Shown piece by piece: positions 15,524 through 24,703 of a stretch of DNA of 64,000 nucleotides (positions are counted from its first letter, which is position 1; each line of letters starts with the position of its first letter). Below the pieces are notes generated by a model. It was not told where the DNA came from. It saw only the letters and a program-made list of their open reading frames with translations, and did not search any database. The DNA lies in contig CAJOEV010000005.1 in assembly GCA_905233545.1 (NCBI GenBank), positions 1,425-65,424 of the forward strand, written 5' to 3'. The position numbers and the translations under genes are program-made. The stretch is from an uncultured Eubacterium sp. (GTDB taxonomy: Bacteria; Bacillota; Clostridia; Oscillospirales; Acutalibacteraceae).

Positions 15524-16810
15524 TTATTCCTTCGGGTAAATTTTATCCTTACCGCCCATATACATTCTCAGTGCTTCGGGGATGTTTACGCTTCCGTCGG
15601 CGTTGAGGTTGTTTTCAAGGAACGCAATAAGCATTCTCGGCGGTGCAACAACTGTATTGTTGAGGGTATGAGCAAGATAGTTGCCCTTTTCGCCCTTGAT
15701 TCTTATTTTAAGTCTGCGTGCCTGTGCGTCGGTAAGGTTTGAGCAGGAGCCGACTTCAAAATACTTCTGCTGGCGCGGTGACCAAGCTTCAACATCAACG
15801 CTCTTAACCTTGAGGTCAGCAAGGTCGCCCGAACAGCATTCAAGCGTTCTAACGGGGATATCAAGCGTTCTGAAAAGGTCAACGGTATTCTGCCAGAGCT
15901 GGTCGAACCAATAGCGTGATTCCTCGGGCTTGCAGACAACAACCATTTCCTGCTTTTCAAACTGATGAATTCTGTAAACGCCTCTTTCCTCTATTCCGTG
16001 AGCGCCCTTTTCCTTTCTGAAACAGGGTGAATATGAGGTTAATGTGAGCGGAAGCTGTGCTTCGGGGGTGATTGTATCGATAAACTTACCAATCATTGAA
16101 TGTTCGCTTGTTCCGATGAGATATAAGTCCTCACCCTCGATTTTATACATCATTGCATCCATTTCTTCAAAGCTCATAACGCCCGTTACAACATTTGAGC
16201 GAATCATAAACGGCGGAACAACATAGGTGAAACCTCTGTCTATCATAAAATCGCGCGCATAGCTGATAACCGCGCTGTGGAGTCTTGCGATATCGCCCAT
16301 GAGATAGTAGAAACCGTTGCCTGCAACTCTTCCTGCAGCGTCCATATCAATTCCGTTAAATGTTTCCATAATATCGGTATGATATGGAATTTCATAATCG
16401 GGAACAACGGGCTCGCCGTACTTCTGAACTTCAACATTTTCACTGTCGTCCTTACCAATCGGAACGCTGGAATCAATGATGTTGGGAATGCTCATCATTA
16501 TTTTGGTAACCTTTTCGCCGAGCTCGTTTTCTTTCTTTGCAAGCTCCTCAAGCTCCTTTGCCTGAGCAGTTACCTTGTCTTTGAGCGCCATTCCCTCTTC
16601 GCGCTTGCCCTGGGACATTAAAACGCCGATTTCCTTTGAAATCTTGTTTCTGTTTGCGCGAAGCTCGTCCGCCTTTGCAATAGCCCCTCTTCTCTCTTCG
16701 TCAAGCTTGATTACCTCATCAACGAGCTCAAGCTTGTGCTCCTGGAACTTCTTTTTAATATTTTCCTTAACTATTTCGGGATTTTCCCTTACAAATTTAA
16801 TATCAAGCAT
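15524..16810 (-). CDS. serS: serine--tRNA ligase
   Basis: 428 aa starting MLDIKFVRENPEIVKENIKKK, with class II core motifs. Confidence 0.95.
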   Translation of the reverse strand: MLDIKFVRENPEIVKENIKKKFQEHKLELVDEVIKLDEERRGAIAKADELRANRNKISKEIGVLMSQGKREEGMALKDKVTAQAKELEELAKKENELGEKVTKIMMSIPNIIDSSVPIGKDDSENVEVQKYGEPVVPDYEIPYHTDIMETFNGIDMDAAGRVAGNGFYYLMGDIARLHSAVISYARDFMIDRGFTYVVPPFMIRSNVVTGVMSFEEMDAMMYKIEGEDLYLIGTSEHSMIGKFIDTITPEAQLPLTLTSYSPCFRKEKGAHGIEERGVYRIHQFEKQEMVVVCKPEESRYWFDQLWQNTVDLFRTLDIPVRTLECCSGDLADLKVKSVDVEAWSPRQQKYFEVGSCSNLTDAQARRLKIRIKGEKGNYLAHTLNNTVVAPPRMLIAFLENNLNADGSVNIPEALRMYMGGKDKIYPKE

Positions 16811-16821
16811 TTTGTGTCCTC

Positions 16822-17664
16822 CTATTTGCCAAGTGTGTTTGCTATGTCTTTCAAATCTTCAAGTGAATAGAACTCAATTTCAAGAGTTCCCTTGCTTCTG
16901 CCGTTGATTACCTTAACCTTTCTTCCGAGGGTTTCGCTGAGCGAAAGTTCAACCTCGTCATAGAAAGAATCGCGCCGTTTAGCCGTTTTTGTGCGCTGAG
17001 TCTTAGGTTTCTGCGCCATTTTTTCAACATCACGAACGGTGAGTTTATGTGAAACAATCCTGTCAGCAACCTCAAGTATCAATGCGTCATTATCGAATGC
17101 AAGCAGAGCTCTCGCGTGTCCTGCGCTGATTGTTCCCTCCCTTGTCATATCCCTGACCTCGGGCGGAAGCTTTAAAAGTCTTAAAGCGTTCGTTATTGCA
17201 GGTCGGGATTTTCCAACGGAAGCGGCTGCCTCCTCCTGATTGAATCCGCACTTATCAATAAGCGCCTGCAGTCCTTCCGCTTCTTCAATGGGGTTTAAGT
17301 CCTCGCGCTGAAGGTTTTCTATAATTGCAAGCTGCATTGCTTCGGTGTCGGAAAGCTCCTTAATTATTACCGGTACTTCCTTAAGTCCTGCAATTCTTGA
17401 AGCACGCCATCTTCTTTCACCTGCAACAAGCTGATAACCGCCTCCAGCAAGAGGTCTTACAAGCAGGGGCTGAAGAACTCCGTGCTGTGAAATTGAGTCG
17501 GCAAGCTCGTTCAAAGCCGCTTCATCAAAGGTTTTTCTCGGCTGTTCCTTATTAGGTGTTATCTCATTAATCGGAAGTGTTGACGACGATAGTTCCTCTG
17601 AAACACTATTTTCAAGAAGAAGCGCGTCAAGTCCTTTCCCAAGTCCCGATTGCTTCTTTGCCAT
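16822..17664 (-). CDS. parB: chromosome partitioning protein ParB/Spo0J
   Basis: 280 aa with GVLQPLLVRP and AGERRWRA motifs. Confidence 0.9.
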   Translation of the reverse strand: MAKKQSGLGKGLDALLLENSVSEELSSSTLPINEITPNKEQPRKTFDEAALNELADSISQHGVLQPLLVRPLAGGGYQLVAGERRWRASRIAGLKEVPVIIKELSDTEAMQLAIIENLQREDLNPIEEAEGLQALIDKCGFNQEEAAASVGKSRPAITNALRLLKLPPEVRDMTREGTISAGHARALLAFDNDALILEVADRIVSHKLTVRDVEKMAQKPKTQRTKTAKRRDSFYDEVELSLSETLGRKVKVINGRSKGTLEIEFYSLEDLKDIANTLGK

Positions 17665-17667
17665 AAA

Positions 17668-18432
17668 TTATACTCCTCTCTTCAAGAATTCATCAACAAA
17701 TTTTCTGTATGCAAAAGCAGGCTTTGAGTATTTCTCATAATATATAATCGGTTTGCCGAAGCTCGGAGCCTCAGCAATCTTAACACTTCTCGGAATCATT
17801 GTTTTATAAGTTTTGTTCGGGAAGTATTTGTTAACCTCATCAATAACCTGCTGTGTGAGCTTCAATCTGCTGTCATACATTGTAAAAAGCACGCCCTCAA
17901 GCTCTAAATGTTCATTATAGTGCTGTTTTATTGTTCTGACAGTGCTTACAAGCTGGCTGAGTCCCTCCAAAGCATAGTATTCACACTGCAAAGGAACAAT
18001 AAGAGTATCCGCAGCAACAAGTGCATTTATTGAAAGTATGCCCAGGGAAGGCGGACAATCTATAATAATATAGTCGAATTCCATCACAAGACTTGCGATT
18101 GCCTTCTTAAGTGCTCTGTTTCTGTTCTCTTTTTCAGCAAGTTCAAGCTCTGCGCCTGCAAGATTTATACTTGAAGGGAGCAAAAACAGGTTTTTATACT
18201 CAGTTTCAATCATAATTGCGCGTGCAGATACATCATCCACAAGCATATCATAGGTTGAATATTCAACCTCACTTTTATCCACTCCAACACCCGATGTTGT
18301 GTTTCCCTGGGGGTCAACATCAATAAGTAGCGTTTTTTTGCCCTTTGCGCCAAGTGCTGCAGCCATATTTACACAGGTTGTTGTTTTTCCGACACCGCCT
18401 TTTTGGTTGAAAACCGCGACTGTTTTTCCCAT
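17668..18432 (-). CDS. soj: chromosome partitioning ATPase ParA/Soj
   Basis: 254 aa with deviant Walker A NQKGGVGKTT. Confidence 0.9.
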   Translation of the reverse strand: MGKTVAVFNQKGGVGKTTTCVNMAAALGAKGKKTLLIDVDPQGNTTSGVGVDKSEVEYSTYDMLVDDVSARAIMIETEYKNLFLLPSSINLAGAELELAEKENRNRALKKAIASLVMEFDYIIIDCPPSLGILSINALVAADTLIVPLQCEYYALEGLSQLVSTVRTIKQHYNEHLELEGVLFTMYDSRLKLTQQVIDEVNKYFPNKTYKTMIPRSVKIAEAPSFGKPIIYYEKYSKPAFAYRKFVDEFLKRGV

Positions 18433-18496
18433 TTGCTCACCTCATTGTCAATTTTCTCTATTATACACTATAAATATTGCTTTATCAAGCAATATT

Positions 18497-18528
18497 TTAG
18501 GTATTAGGTGTTAGGTTTTAGGTTTTAG
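18497..18528. repeat. isolated heptamer array (TAGGTNT x4.5)
   Basis: TTAGGTATTAGGTGTTAGGTTTTAGGTTTTAG, 10 nt from a parS site. Confidence 0.65.
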
Positions 18529-18538
18529 TTAATATAAA

Positions 18539-18554
18539 TGTTTCACATGAAACA
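18539..18554. promoter_or_regulatory. parS site (one mismatch)
   Basis: TGTTTCACATGAAACA compared with the B. subtilis consensus TGTTNCACGTGAAACA. Confidence 0.75.
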
Positions 18555-18671
18555 TTAATTTACAATCGAAAAAGCAGGCTTTGCCGAATTTTCGATTGAG
18601 AGGAGAAACATTCGTAGTGATTCTTAGCGTTTTGCTTGCAAAATGCTTTAATCACGGAGATTGTTTGGACG

Positions 18672-18687
18672 AGTTTCACGTGAAACA
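18672..18687. promoter_or_regulatory. parS site
   Basis: AGTTTCACGTGAAACA. The 14-bp palindromic core is perfect. Confidence 0.8.
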
Positions 18688-18766
18688 TAAGCGCAAAGCG
18701 GACAGGCATAGCCTGTCCGCTCCGCGTGATGAAAAGAGGAGAATATGTTTAAAACGGTTGCCCGTT

Positions 18767-19585
18767 TTAAGCCTGATTGACTTTTTTCAGCTTTATTATA
18801 TTGTCGGTTTGTGCCGATTTAGGTATTTTTACATTAAATTCAATATATTCATCGGTTTCTGTTTTGTTTGAAACTGCTTCAATTCCCGAAGCTTTCATTG
18901 TTTCTATTGCCTTGTTGAACGTGTTTACGAAGATTCTTATGTCCCTGTATGCTTTTTGCCTTGTTTTTCTATGTTTCGGCTTCTTTTCAAACATTCTGTC
19001 TATAAGCTGTTCGCTTTGTTCAACATTAAGATTTCTTTCCTTTATTATATTCAGAACGCTCCAGATGTCTTTTTCATCTTCAATTCTCAGCAGGGCTCTT
19101 GCATGTCGCTCGGTTAAGCCTTCCTTTTCAATGAAATAGCGCACATCAACGGGGAGCTTCAACAGACGGAGCTTATTTGAAAGAGCACTCTGACTTTTTG
19201 AAAGTTTCTTTGAAACTTCACTTTGGCTCATTCCGAAGTGCTCAACAAGCTGACCTATTGCCGCCGCCTCTTCAAAAAAGCTTAAATCGCTTCGCTGTAT
19301 ATTTTCAAGTATTGAAAGAACTGCGCTTTGCTCATAGCCTATGTCCATTTCAATGCAGGGAACGCTCTGAATGTTTGCAAGAATTGCGGCTCTCAGCCTT
19401 CTTTCTCCTGCAACAACTTCAAAATAGTCAGAATTATTTATTCTTCTTATTAATAAGGGTTGAAGAACGCCGTTTTCTTTTATTGATTCTGCAAGCGAAA
19501 GCATTTCGTCGCTTTCAAACTTCCGTCTTGGCTGATATGGATTAGGGAGCAGTTTGCCCGTTTGTATATATGATATTTCTTCCAT
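18767..19585 (-). CDS. noc: ParB-like protein (Noc-type paralog)
   Basis: MEEISYIQTGKLLPNPYQPRRKF...GVLQPLLIRR..AGERRLRA. Start moved to ATG 19585. Confidence 0.75.
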   Translation of the reverse strand: MEEISYIQTGKLLPNPYQPRRKFESDEMLSLAESIKENGVLQPLLIRRINNSDYFEVVAGERRLRAAILANIQSVPCIEMDIGYEQSAVLSILENIQRSDLSFFEEAAAIGQLVEHFGMSQSEVSKKLSKSQSALSNKLRLLKLPVDVRYFIEKEGLTERHARALLRIEDEKDIWSVLNIIKERNLNVEQSEQLIDRMFEKKPKHRKTRQKAYRDIRIFVNTFNKAIETMKASGIEAVSNKTETDEYIEFNVKIPKSAQTDNIIKLKKVNQA

Positions 19586-19623
19586 TGGCTCACCCCTGTC
19601 CTGAATAAATAATATCACGATAA

Positions 19624-19661
19624 TTCAAAAAATAAAAGGATTTCCCGTCGTGAGAAATCCT
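19624..19661 (-). terminator. intrinsic terminator after rsmG
   Basis: Minus strand reads AGGATTTC-loop-GAAATCCT followed by TTTATTTTTT. Confidence 0.65.
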
Positions 19662-19683
19662 TGGTTTTCGACTGTTTAAGCAG

Positions 19684-20391
19684 TTATCCGAGAGGGGAGG
19701 AGGCTATTTTTTTCGGCTTCCTCGGATACTGTGTCGAAGTCTGCGATATCTTTTTTATAATTACTATTGACCTGGGGTCATTATTTGGAAGTTTATATGA
19801 AACAACACTCTCAATTTCGCCTCCGAGAAGGGATACAGCGTTTTTCGCTGTTTCGGTTTCCTCGCCGTTTCCTTTAAGTGCGGCGAAATATCCGCCTACC
19901 TTAACAAAGGGTAAGCAGTATTCACAAAGCACATTCAGCGGTGCCACGGCCCTCGCCGCTGCAAAATCGAATGTTTCACGAAGCTCCGCATCCTTTCCTG
20001 CGTCCTCAGCTCTTGCATGAACAAGCGTTGCGCTGAGACTGCATTCATCAAGAACACTTTCAAGAAAACCGAGCCTTTTGCTCAGCGAATCAAGAAGGGT
20101 GAGCTCAATTCCGTTTTTTGCAATCAGAAGGGGAACGCCGGGGAAGCCTGCGCCCGTTCCTACATCAATAAGCTTCGCACCCTCGGGTATGTCAACATAT
20201 TTAAGCAGTGCAAGTGAATCAACAAAATGCTTGATAACTATTTCGTCGGGCTCGGTTATCGCAGTTAAATTCATAACCTTATTGGTTTCAACAAGCTCTG
20301 CGGCATATTTATCAAAGCTTTCAAGCGCATTTTCACTAAGATTAACGCCGAAATCCTTTGCATATTCCTTTAAAAGCTCTTTGTTTATCAT
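19684..20391 (-). CDS. rsmG: 16S rRNA (guanine527-N7)-methyltransferase
   Basis: 235 aa with LIDVGTGAGFPGVPLLI SAM motif. Confidence 0.9.
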   Translation of the reverse strand: MINKELLKEYAKDFGVNLSENALESFDKYAAELVETNKVMNLTAITEPDEIVIKHFVDSLALLKYVDIPEGAKLIDVGTGAGFPGVPLLIAKNGIELTLLDSLSKRLGFLESVLDECSLSATLVHARAEDAGKDAELRETFDFAAARAVAPLNVLCEYCLPFVKVGGYFAALKGNGEETETAKNAVSLLGGEIESVVSYKLPNNDPRSIVIIKKISQTSTQYPRKPKKIASSPLG

Positions 20392-22250
20392 AAACTCTCC
20401 AAAATAATATTGAGTGCGGTTATATCGGCAGGGTTAACACCGCTTATTCGGCTTGCCTGGCCGAGATTCTGCGGTCTGATTTTTGAAAGCTTTTCAACTG
20501 CTTCAAGTCTCAGTCCCTTCAAAGCGGAATAATCAATGTCCTCGGGTATTTGTTTTTCTTCTATACGGCGCATTTCTTTAATCTGCGCCTCCTGCTTTTT
20601 GATATAACCCTCGTATTTTATTGAAATTTCAACCTGCTCAAAGATTTCATACGGCAAATCGGGACGGTTGACATCAACTTCCTTCAAATGTTCGTATGTT
20701 ATCTGAGGTCTGCGAAGAAGTTCAATCATCTTGCATCCCGTTTTAAGCGGTGCCGTTCCTGCATCAACAAGAATTTCCTGCAATCTGTCGGAGAGGGGGA
20801 TTGAGGTTTTTTCAACCCTTTTCACCTCTTCTTTGATAAGCTCCTGCTTTTTGAGGAACTTATTGTATCTTTCTTCGCTTATGAGTCCGATTTTATACCC
20901 TATCGGCGTTAAGCGTACATCCGCGTTGTCCTGGCGCAGTACAAGGCGGTATTCGCTTCTTGAGGTCATCATTCTGTACGGGTCGGAACAGCCCTTTGTA
21001 ACAAGGTCGTCAATAAGCGTTCCGATATATGAGCCGCCTCTGTCGAGAATAATCTCGTCGAGTCCCTTAATCTTTCTTGCGGCGTTAATTCCTGCAACAA
21101 GTCCCTGTGCGGCAGCTTCCTCATATCCGCTTGAGCCGTTAAACTGTCCTGCGCCGTAAAGACCTTCGATACCGTTGAACTCAAGAGTTGCCCTGAGCGC
21201 TGTCGGGTCAACGCAGTCGTATTCAATGGCATATGCACATCTCATAACCTGAGCGTTTTCAAGCCCGGGGATTGTGTGGATAAAGTCAAGCTGTACCTCT
21301 TCGGGGAGGGAGGATGAAAGACCTTGCAAATACATCTCCTCAGTATTCTCTCCGCAGGGCTCAATAAAGAGCTGGTGGCGCTGTTTGTCGGCAAAGCGGA
21401 CAATTTTGTCCTCAAAGCTCGGACAGTAGCGCGGTCCCTTGCCCTCAATTTTACCGCTGTACATCGGTGAGCGGTGGAGATTGTTTAAAATAACCTCTTT
21501 GGTTTTATCATTTGTATATGTTATGTGGCACAAAACCTTGTTTTCAGGCGCTTTTTCGGTTTCAAAAGAAAACGGCTGAGTGCGCGCGTCGCCGTGCTGT
21601 TCTTCAAGGTTTTCAAAATTAATCGAGCGTCTGTTTACACGGCTGGGTGTGCCCGTTTTAAATCTTCTCAGCGGAATATTCAGCTTTTTAAGCGATTTTG
21701 CAAGCTCCGTTGCAGGGAACATACCGTCGGGACCGCTTTCATACGACACCTCGCCGATATAAACCCTTCCGCCGAGGAAAGTTCCCGTTGCAATAATAAC
21801 CGCTTTGCATATAAATTCTGCGCCGAGCCTTGTAACCGCGTGCCAGTTTTTGTCATCATCTTGGAACAAATCAACAATTTCGCCCTGGCGTATATCAAGA
21901 TTCTCGCATGTTTCAAGGGTGTGTTTCATCCCGGCGGAATATTCGCGTCGGTCAATCTGCGCTCTCAGGGAGTGCACTGCAGGACCTTTGCCGAGATTGA
22001 GCATTCTTGACTGGAGGGTATATCTGTCAGCCGCTTTGCCCATTTCACCGCCGAGCGCGTCTATTTCACGCACAAGATGACCCTTTGATGTTCCTCCGAT
22101 TGAGGGATTGCAGGGCATATTGCCGACCCAGTCGAGATTGATTGTGAAAACAGCGGTTTTTGCGCCGAGGCGCGCCGAAGCAAGGGCAGCCTCAATACCT
22201 GCGTGCCCTGCACCGATTACTATTACATCATATTTACCGCCTGAATACAT
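20388..22250 (-). CDS. mnmG: tRNA uridine-5-carboxymethylaminomethyl synthesis enzyme MnmG (GidA)
   Basis: 620 aa starting YDVIVIGAGHAGIEAA. Confidence 0.95.
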   Translation of the reverse strand: MYSGGKYDVIVIGAGHAGIEAALASARLGAKTAVFTINLDWVGNMPCNPSIGGTSKGHLVREIDALGGEMGKAADRYTLQSRMLNLGKGPAVHSLRAQIDRREYSAGMKHTLETCENLDIRQGEIVDLFQDDDKNWHAVTRLGAEFICKAVIIATGTFLGGRVYIGEVSYESGPDGMFPATELAKSLKKLNIPLRRFKTGTPSRVNRRSINFENLEEQHGDARTQPFSFETEKAPENKVLCHITYTNDKTKEVILNNLHRSPMYSGKIEGKGPRYCPSFEDKIVRFADKQRHQLFIEPCGENTEEMYLQGLSSSLPEEVQLDFIHTIPGLENAQVMRCAYAIEYDCVDPTALRATLEFNGIEGLYGAGQFNGSSGYEEAAAQGLVAGINAARKIKGLDEIILDRGGSYIGTLIDDLVTKGCSDPYRMMTSRSEYRLVLRQDNADVRLTPIGYKIGLISEERYNKFLKKQELIKEEVKRVEKTSIPLSDRLQEILVDAGTAPLKTGCKMIELLRRPQITYEHLKEVDVNRPDLPYEIFEQVEISIKYEGYIKKQEAQIKEMRRIEEKQIPEDIDYSALKGLRLEAVEKLSKIRPQNLGQASRISGVNPADITALNIILESL

Positions 22251-22270
22251 ACTTAACCTCTAATTTATTT

Positions 22271-22328
22271 GTTCGAGCGAAGCGAGTAACCGAAAACTCG
22301 GAACTCGGGGCTCGAAACTCGCAACTTT
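22271..22328. repeat. half module in the mnmE-mnmG junction (core + GAGTTNC arm)
   Basis: GTTCGAGCGAAGCGAGTAACC + GAAAACTCGGAACTCGGGGCTCGAAACTCGCAACTTTT. It ends at the mnmE stop. Confidence 0.75.
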
Positions 22329-23692
22329 TACTTGCCTACGCAAAACTTACTGAATATATTATTAACAACCTCGCTTGTTGCCTTTTTCCCCGTCAGCGAA
22401 AGGAGTTCGTCCGCCGCTGAATCAATCATAACATTGATTGCATCAAAGGTTACTCCTGCGTTAACGCCGTCAAGCGCCTCGCAAATGCTTTCATAAGCTC
22501 TCTGACAATTCTGTTTCTGTCTGAGATTTGCAAGCAGGGGAGCGTTTGAATCAAAATCGGCAACTCCGAGAAGATTATAAACTGTTTTCGAGAGCTCCTC
22601 AAGCCCTTCGTTGTTCTTTGCGCTGATGAAAACAACGCAATCAAACGCGTTTTCAATTGTTTTTACATCAATTTTTGTTTCAAGGTCGGTTTTGTTGATA
22701 ACCGCAACGGCGTTTTTGCCCCTGCATTTTTCAATCAAATCAAAATCGTCCTTTGAAAGCTCCTGCGAGGAATCAAAAACCGCAAGAACAAGCTGTGCGT
22801 TTTCAATCGCGTTATACGCCTTTTCAATTCCAATGGACTCAACAAAATCGTCACTGTTTCTGAGCCCTGCAGTATCTTTTAGATGAAGAACAATGTCGCC
22901 GAGGCGAACACTGTCCTCAACAATATCCCTTGTTGTTCCCTCGATATGGGTAACAATGCTCTTTTCGGTTTTCGAGAGCATATTCATAAGGCTGGATTTG
23001 CCCGCGTTCGGCCTGCCTGCGATAACCGTATCGACTCCGCAGGTGATTGTCTGACCGCTTTCGTAATTATCGAGCAGTTTTTTAAGCTTCTGCGCCGAGT
23101 ATTCAAGAGCGCTTTCAAGCTCGGTTTCGGAGAGCTCGGGAATTTCCTCGTCGGGATAATCAACCCAAGCCGCCATAAGCGCGCTCATATCAAGGAGCTT
23201 TTCAAGAACTCCGTTGATTTCGTCGCTCAGAACACCGTGAAGCGCGTTAAACGAAGCTTTTAACTCCGCTTCACCCTGCGCCGAGATAATCTGAGCCACG
23301 CTCTCCGCCTGGGTTAAGTCGATTTTTCCGTTCAAAAAGGCTCTTTTTGTGAATTCTCCTGCCTCGGCAGGCACTGCGCCGGCTGCAAAAACCGCGTCAA
23401 GAGTATTCTTAAGCGCAAGCATACCGCCGTGAATTGAAAGCTCGGCAACATCTTCGCCCGTATAGCTTTTAGGCGCACGGAAAACAAGGGCAACAGCGTT
23501 GTCCGCTTTGCTGCCGTTTAATATAATGTTTCCGAATTTTGCTCTGTAGCCCTTGAGCTCCTCAAGTGAAGAGCCGTCGGCAGGGGAGAAAACACAGGAG
23601 GCAATTTTTATTGCATTATCTCCGCTTATTCTTATAACTCCGATACCGCCGGGGGCATTTCCGCTTGATATTGCGGCGATGGTCTTGGACAT
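22328..23692 (-). CDS. mnmE: tRNA modification GTPase MnmE (TrmE)
   Basis: MSKTIAAISSGNAPGGIGVIRISG..., ending in the C-terminal FCVGK. Confidence 0.95.
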   Translation of the reverse strand: MSKTIAAISSGNAPGGIGVIRISGDNAIKIASCVFSPADGSSLEELKGYRAKFGNIILNGSKADNAVALVFRAPKSYTGEDVAELSIHGGMLALKNTLDAVFAAGAVPAEAGEFTKRAFLNGKIDLTQAESVAQIISAQGEAELKASFNALHGVLSDEINGVLEKLLDMSALMAAWVDYPDEEIPELSETELESALEYSAQKLKKLLDNYESGQTITCGVDTVIAGRPNAGKSSLMNMLSKTEKSIVTHIEGTTRDIVEDSVRLGDIVLHLKDTAGLRNSDDFVESIGIEKAYNAIENAQLVLAVFDSSQELSKDDFDLIEKCRGKNAVAVINKTDLETKIDVKTIENAFDCVVFISAKNNEGLEELSKTVYNLLGVADFDSNAPLLANLRQKQNCQRAYESICEALDGVNAGVTFDAINVMIDSAADELLSLTGKKATSEVVNNIFSKFCVGK

Positions 23693-23712
23693 AAAAACTC
23701 CGTTTATAATAG

Positions 23713-23796
23713 CCGTGCGCAGCACCCGACAACTCGGAACTCGGGGCTCGCAACTCGCAACTTATTAATGGCGAACGCCAACCGTCCGCCATTAAT
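23713..23796. repeat. half module in the jag-mnmE junction (core GTGCGCAGCACCCG + GAGTTNC arm + ATTAATGGCG palindrome)
   Basis: CCGTGCGCAGCACCCG + ACAACTCGGAACTCGGGGCTCGCAACTCGCAACTT + ATTAATGGCG...CGCCATTAAT. Confidence 0.7.
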
Positions 23797-23797
23797 C

Positions 23798-24685
23798 TTA
23801 GTCTTTATTAACTTCGATTTTTCCGAATTTCGGTAAATCCGCTCTGTCCGCCTTGGGTGCACGGTCTGCTGACGGTGCGCTCTGAGCAGGCTTTGAGCCT
23901 CTGCGTCTGCTCGGCTTAACTCCGCCAACGGGCTCAAGAACAACTCTTCTGTCCTGATTATAGCCGATTGAACGAGATTCAACACCGTCAATTTCCTGAA
24001 CTGCAGTGTGAATAATTCTTCTTTCATAGGGATTCATCGGCTCGAAAGTATATCTTCTTCCCGTTCTCTGAACATAGGAAGCGTGCTTTCTTGCAAGTGC
24101 TCTGAGTGTTTCGTTTCTCTTTTCTCTGTAGTCACCGACATTGATTGAAACGCGGACATAGCCGTTTGATTTCTTTTTCATTGCCAGAGAGAGAAGATAC
24201 TGAATTGAGTCAAGGGTTTCGCCCCTTCTTCCGATAACAATTCCGAAGTCCTCGCACTCTAAATCCATTGTTACAACGCCGTTTTCATAAGAAGCGTCGA
24301 TTTTTGCATCGCTAATATTGAGACCTTTGAGAATCTCGGTAAGATAGCTCTTTGCATATTCAAGGTCAACGCTCTTGGGAGAATCGTTTTTAGCTTCTTC
24401 GGCAGCCTTTTTGTTTTCCTTCTTGGGAGCTTCTTTTTTAGGAGCTTCCTTTTTAGCGCCGCTTTTTTTGTTTTGCTTTTTGTTTGGTTTTTTCTCTTTA
24501 ACTCCGTCGTCGTAGCTTGCCTTAACCTGAGCGTCTGCACCGCCGAAAAGACCTAAAAACTTCTTCTGCGGCATGGTGATAACTTCGATTTTTATATCGG
24601 CAGTCAACGGAGCGTTTAAACCGGCTTTTGCAACTGCTGTTGCTTCTTCAATTGTTTTGCCGGTTCCGATATATTCTTTTAACAT
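23798..24685 (-). CDS. jag: Jag/KhpB RNA-binding protein (KH + R3H domains)
   Basis: 295 aa with a lysine-rich linker and C-terminal ...FEPMNPYERRIIHTAV. Confidence 0.85.
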   Translation of the reverse strand: MLKEYIGTGKTIEEATAVAKAGLNAPLTADIKIEVITMPQKKFLGLFGGADAQVKASYDDGVKEKKPNKKQNKKSGAKKEAPKKEAPKKENKKAAEEAKNDSPKSVDLEYAKSYLTEILKGLNISDAKIDASYENGVVTMDLECEDFGIVIGRRGETLDSIQYLLSLAMKKKSNGYVRVSINVGDYREKRNETLRALARKHASYVQRTGRRYTFEPMNPYERRIIHTAVQEIDGVESRSIGYNQDRRVVLEPVGGVKPSRRRGSKPAQSAPSADRAPKADRADLPKFGKIEVNKD

Positions 24686-24703
24686 ATATCCTCCGGTTTT
24701 ATA

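Noticed and set aside
17039-17056. Possible third parS inside the parB gene (GAGTTTATGTGAAACA)
   Set aside because: Only the right half-site matches. The left half is disrupted and the palindrome is lost.
18581-18871. 96-aa ORF, and an 11-aa ORF (MFKTVARFKPD, about 18744..18779) in the noc-soj spacer
   Set aside because: The long ORF overlaps the noc 3' end on the opposite strand and runs through the parS site and a hairpin. The short one coincides with a hairpin next to the noc stop. Neither has supporting features.
20731-22010. Several 60-160-aa ORFs antisense to mnmG, mnmE, gyrB, prfA and other long genes
   Set aside because: They lie wholly within well-supported conserved genes on the opposite strand and have biased, low-complexity translations. 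These are typical shadow ORFs.
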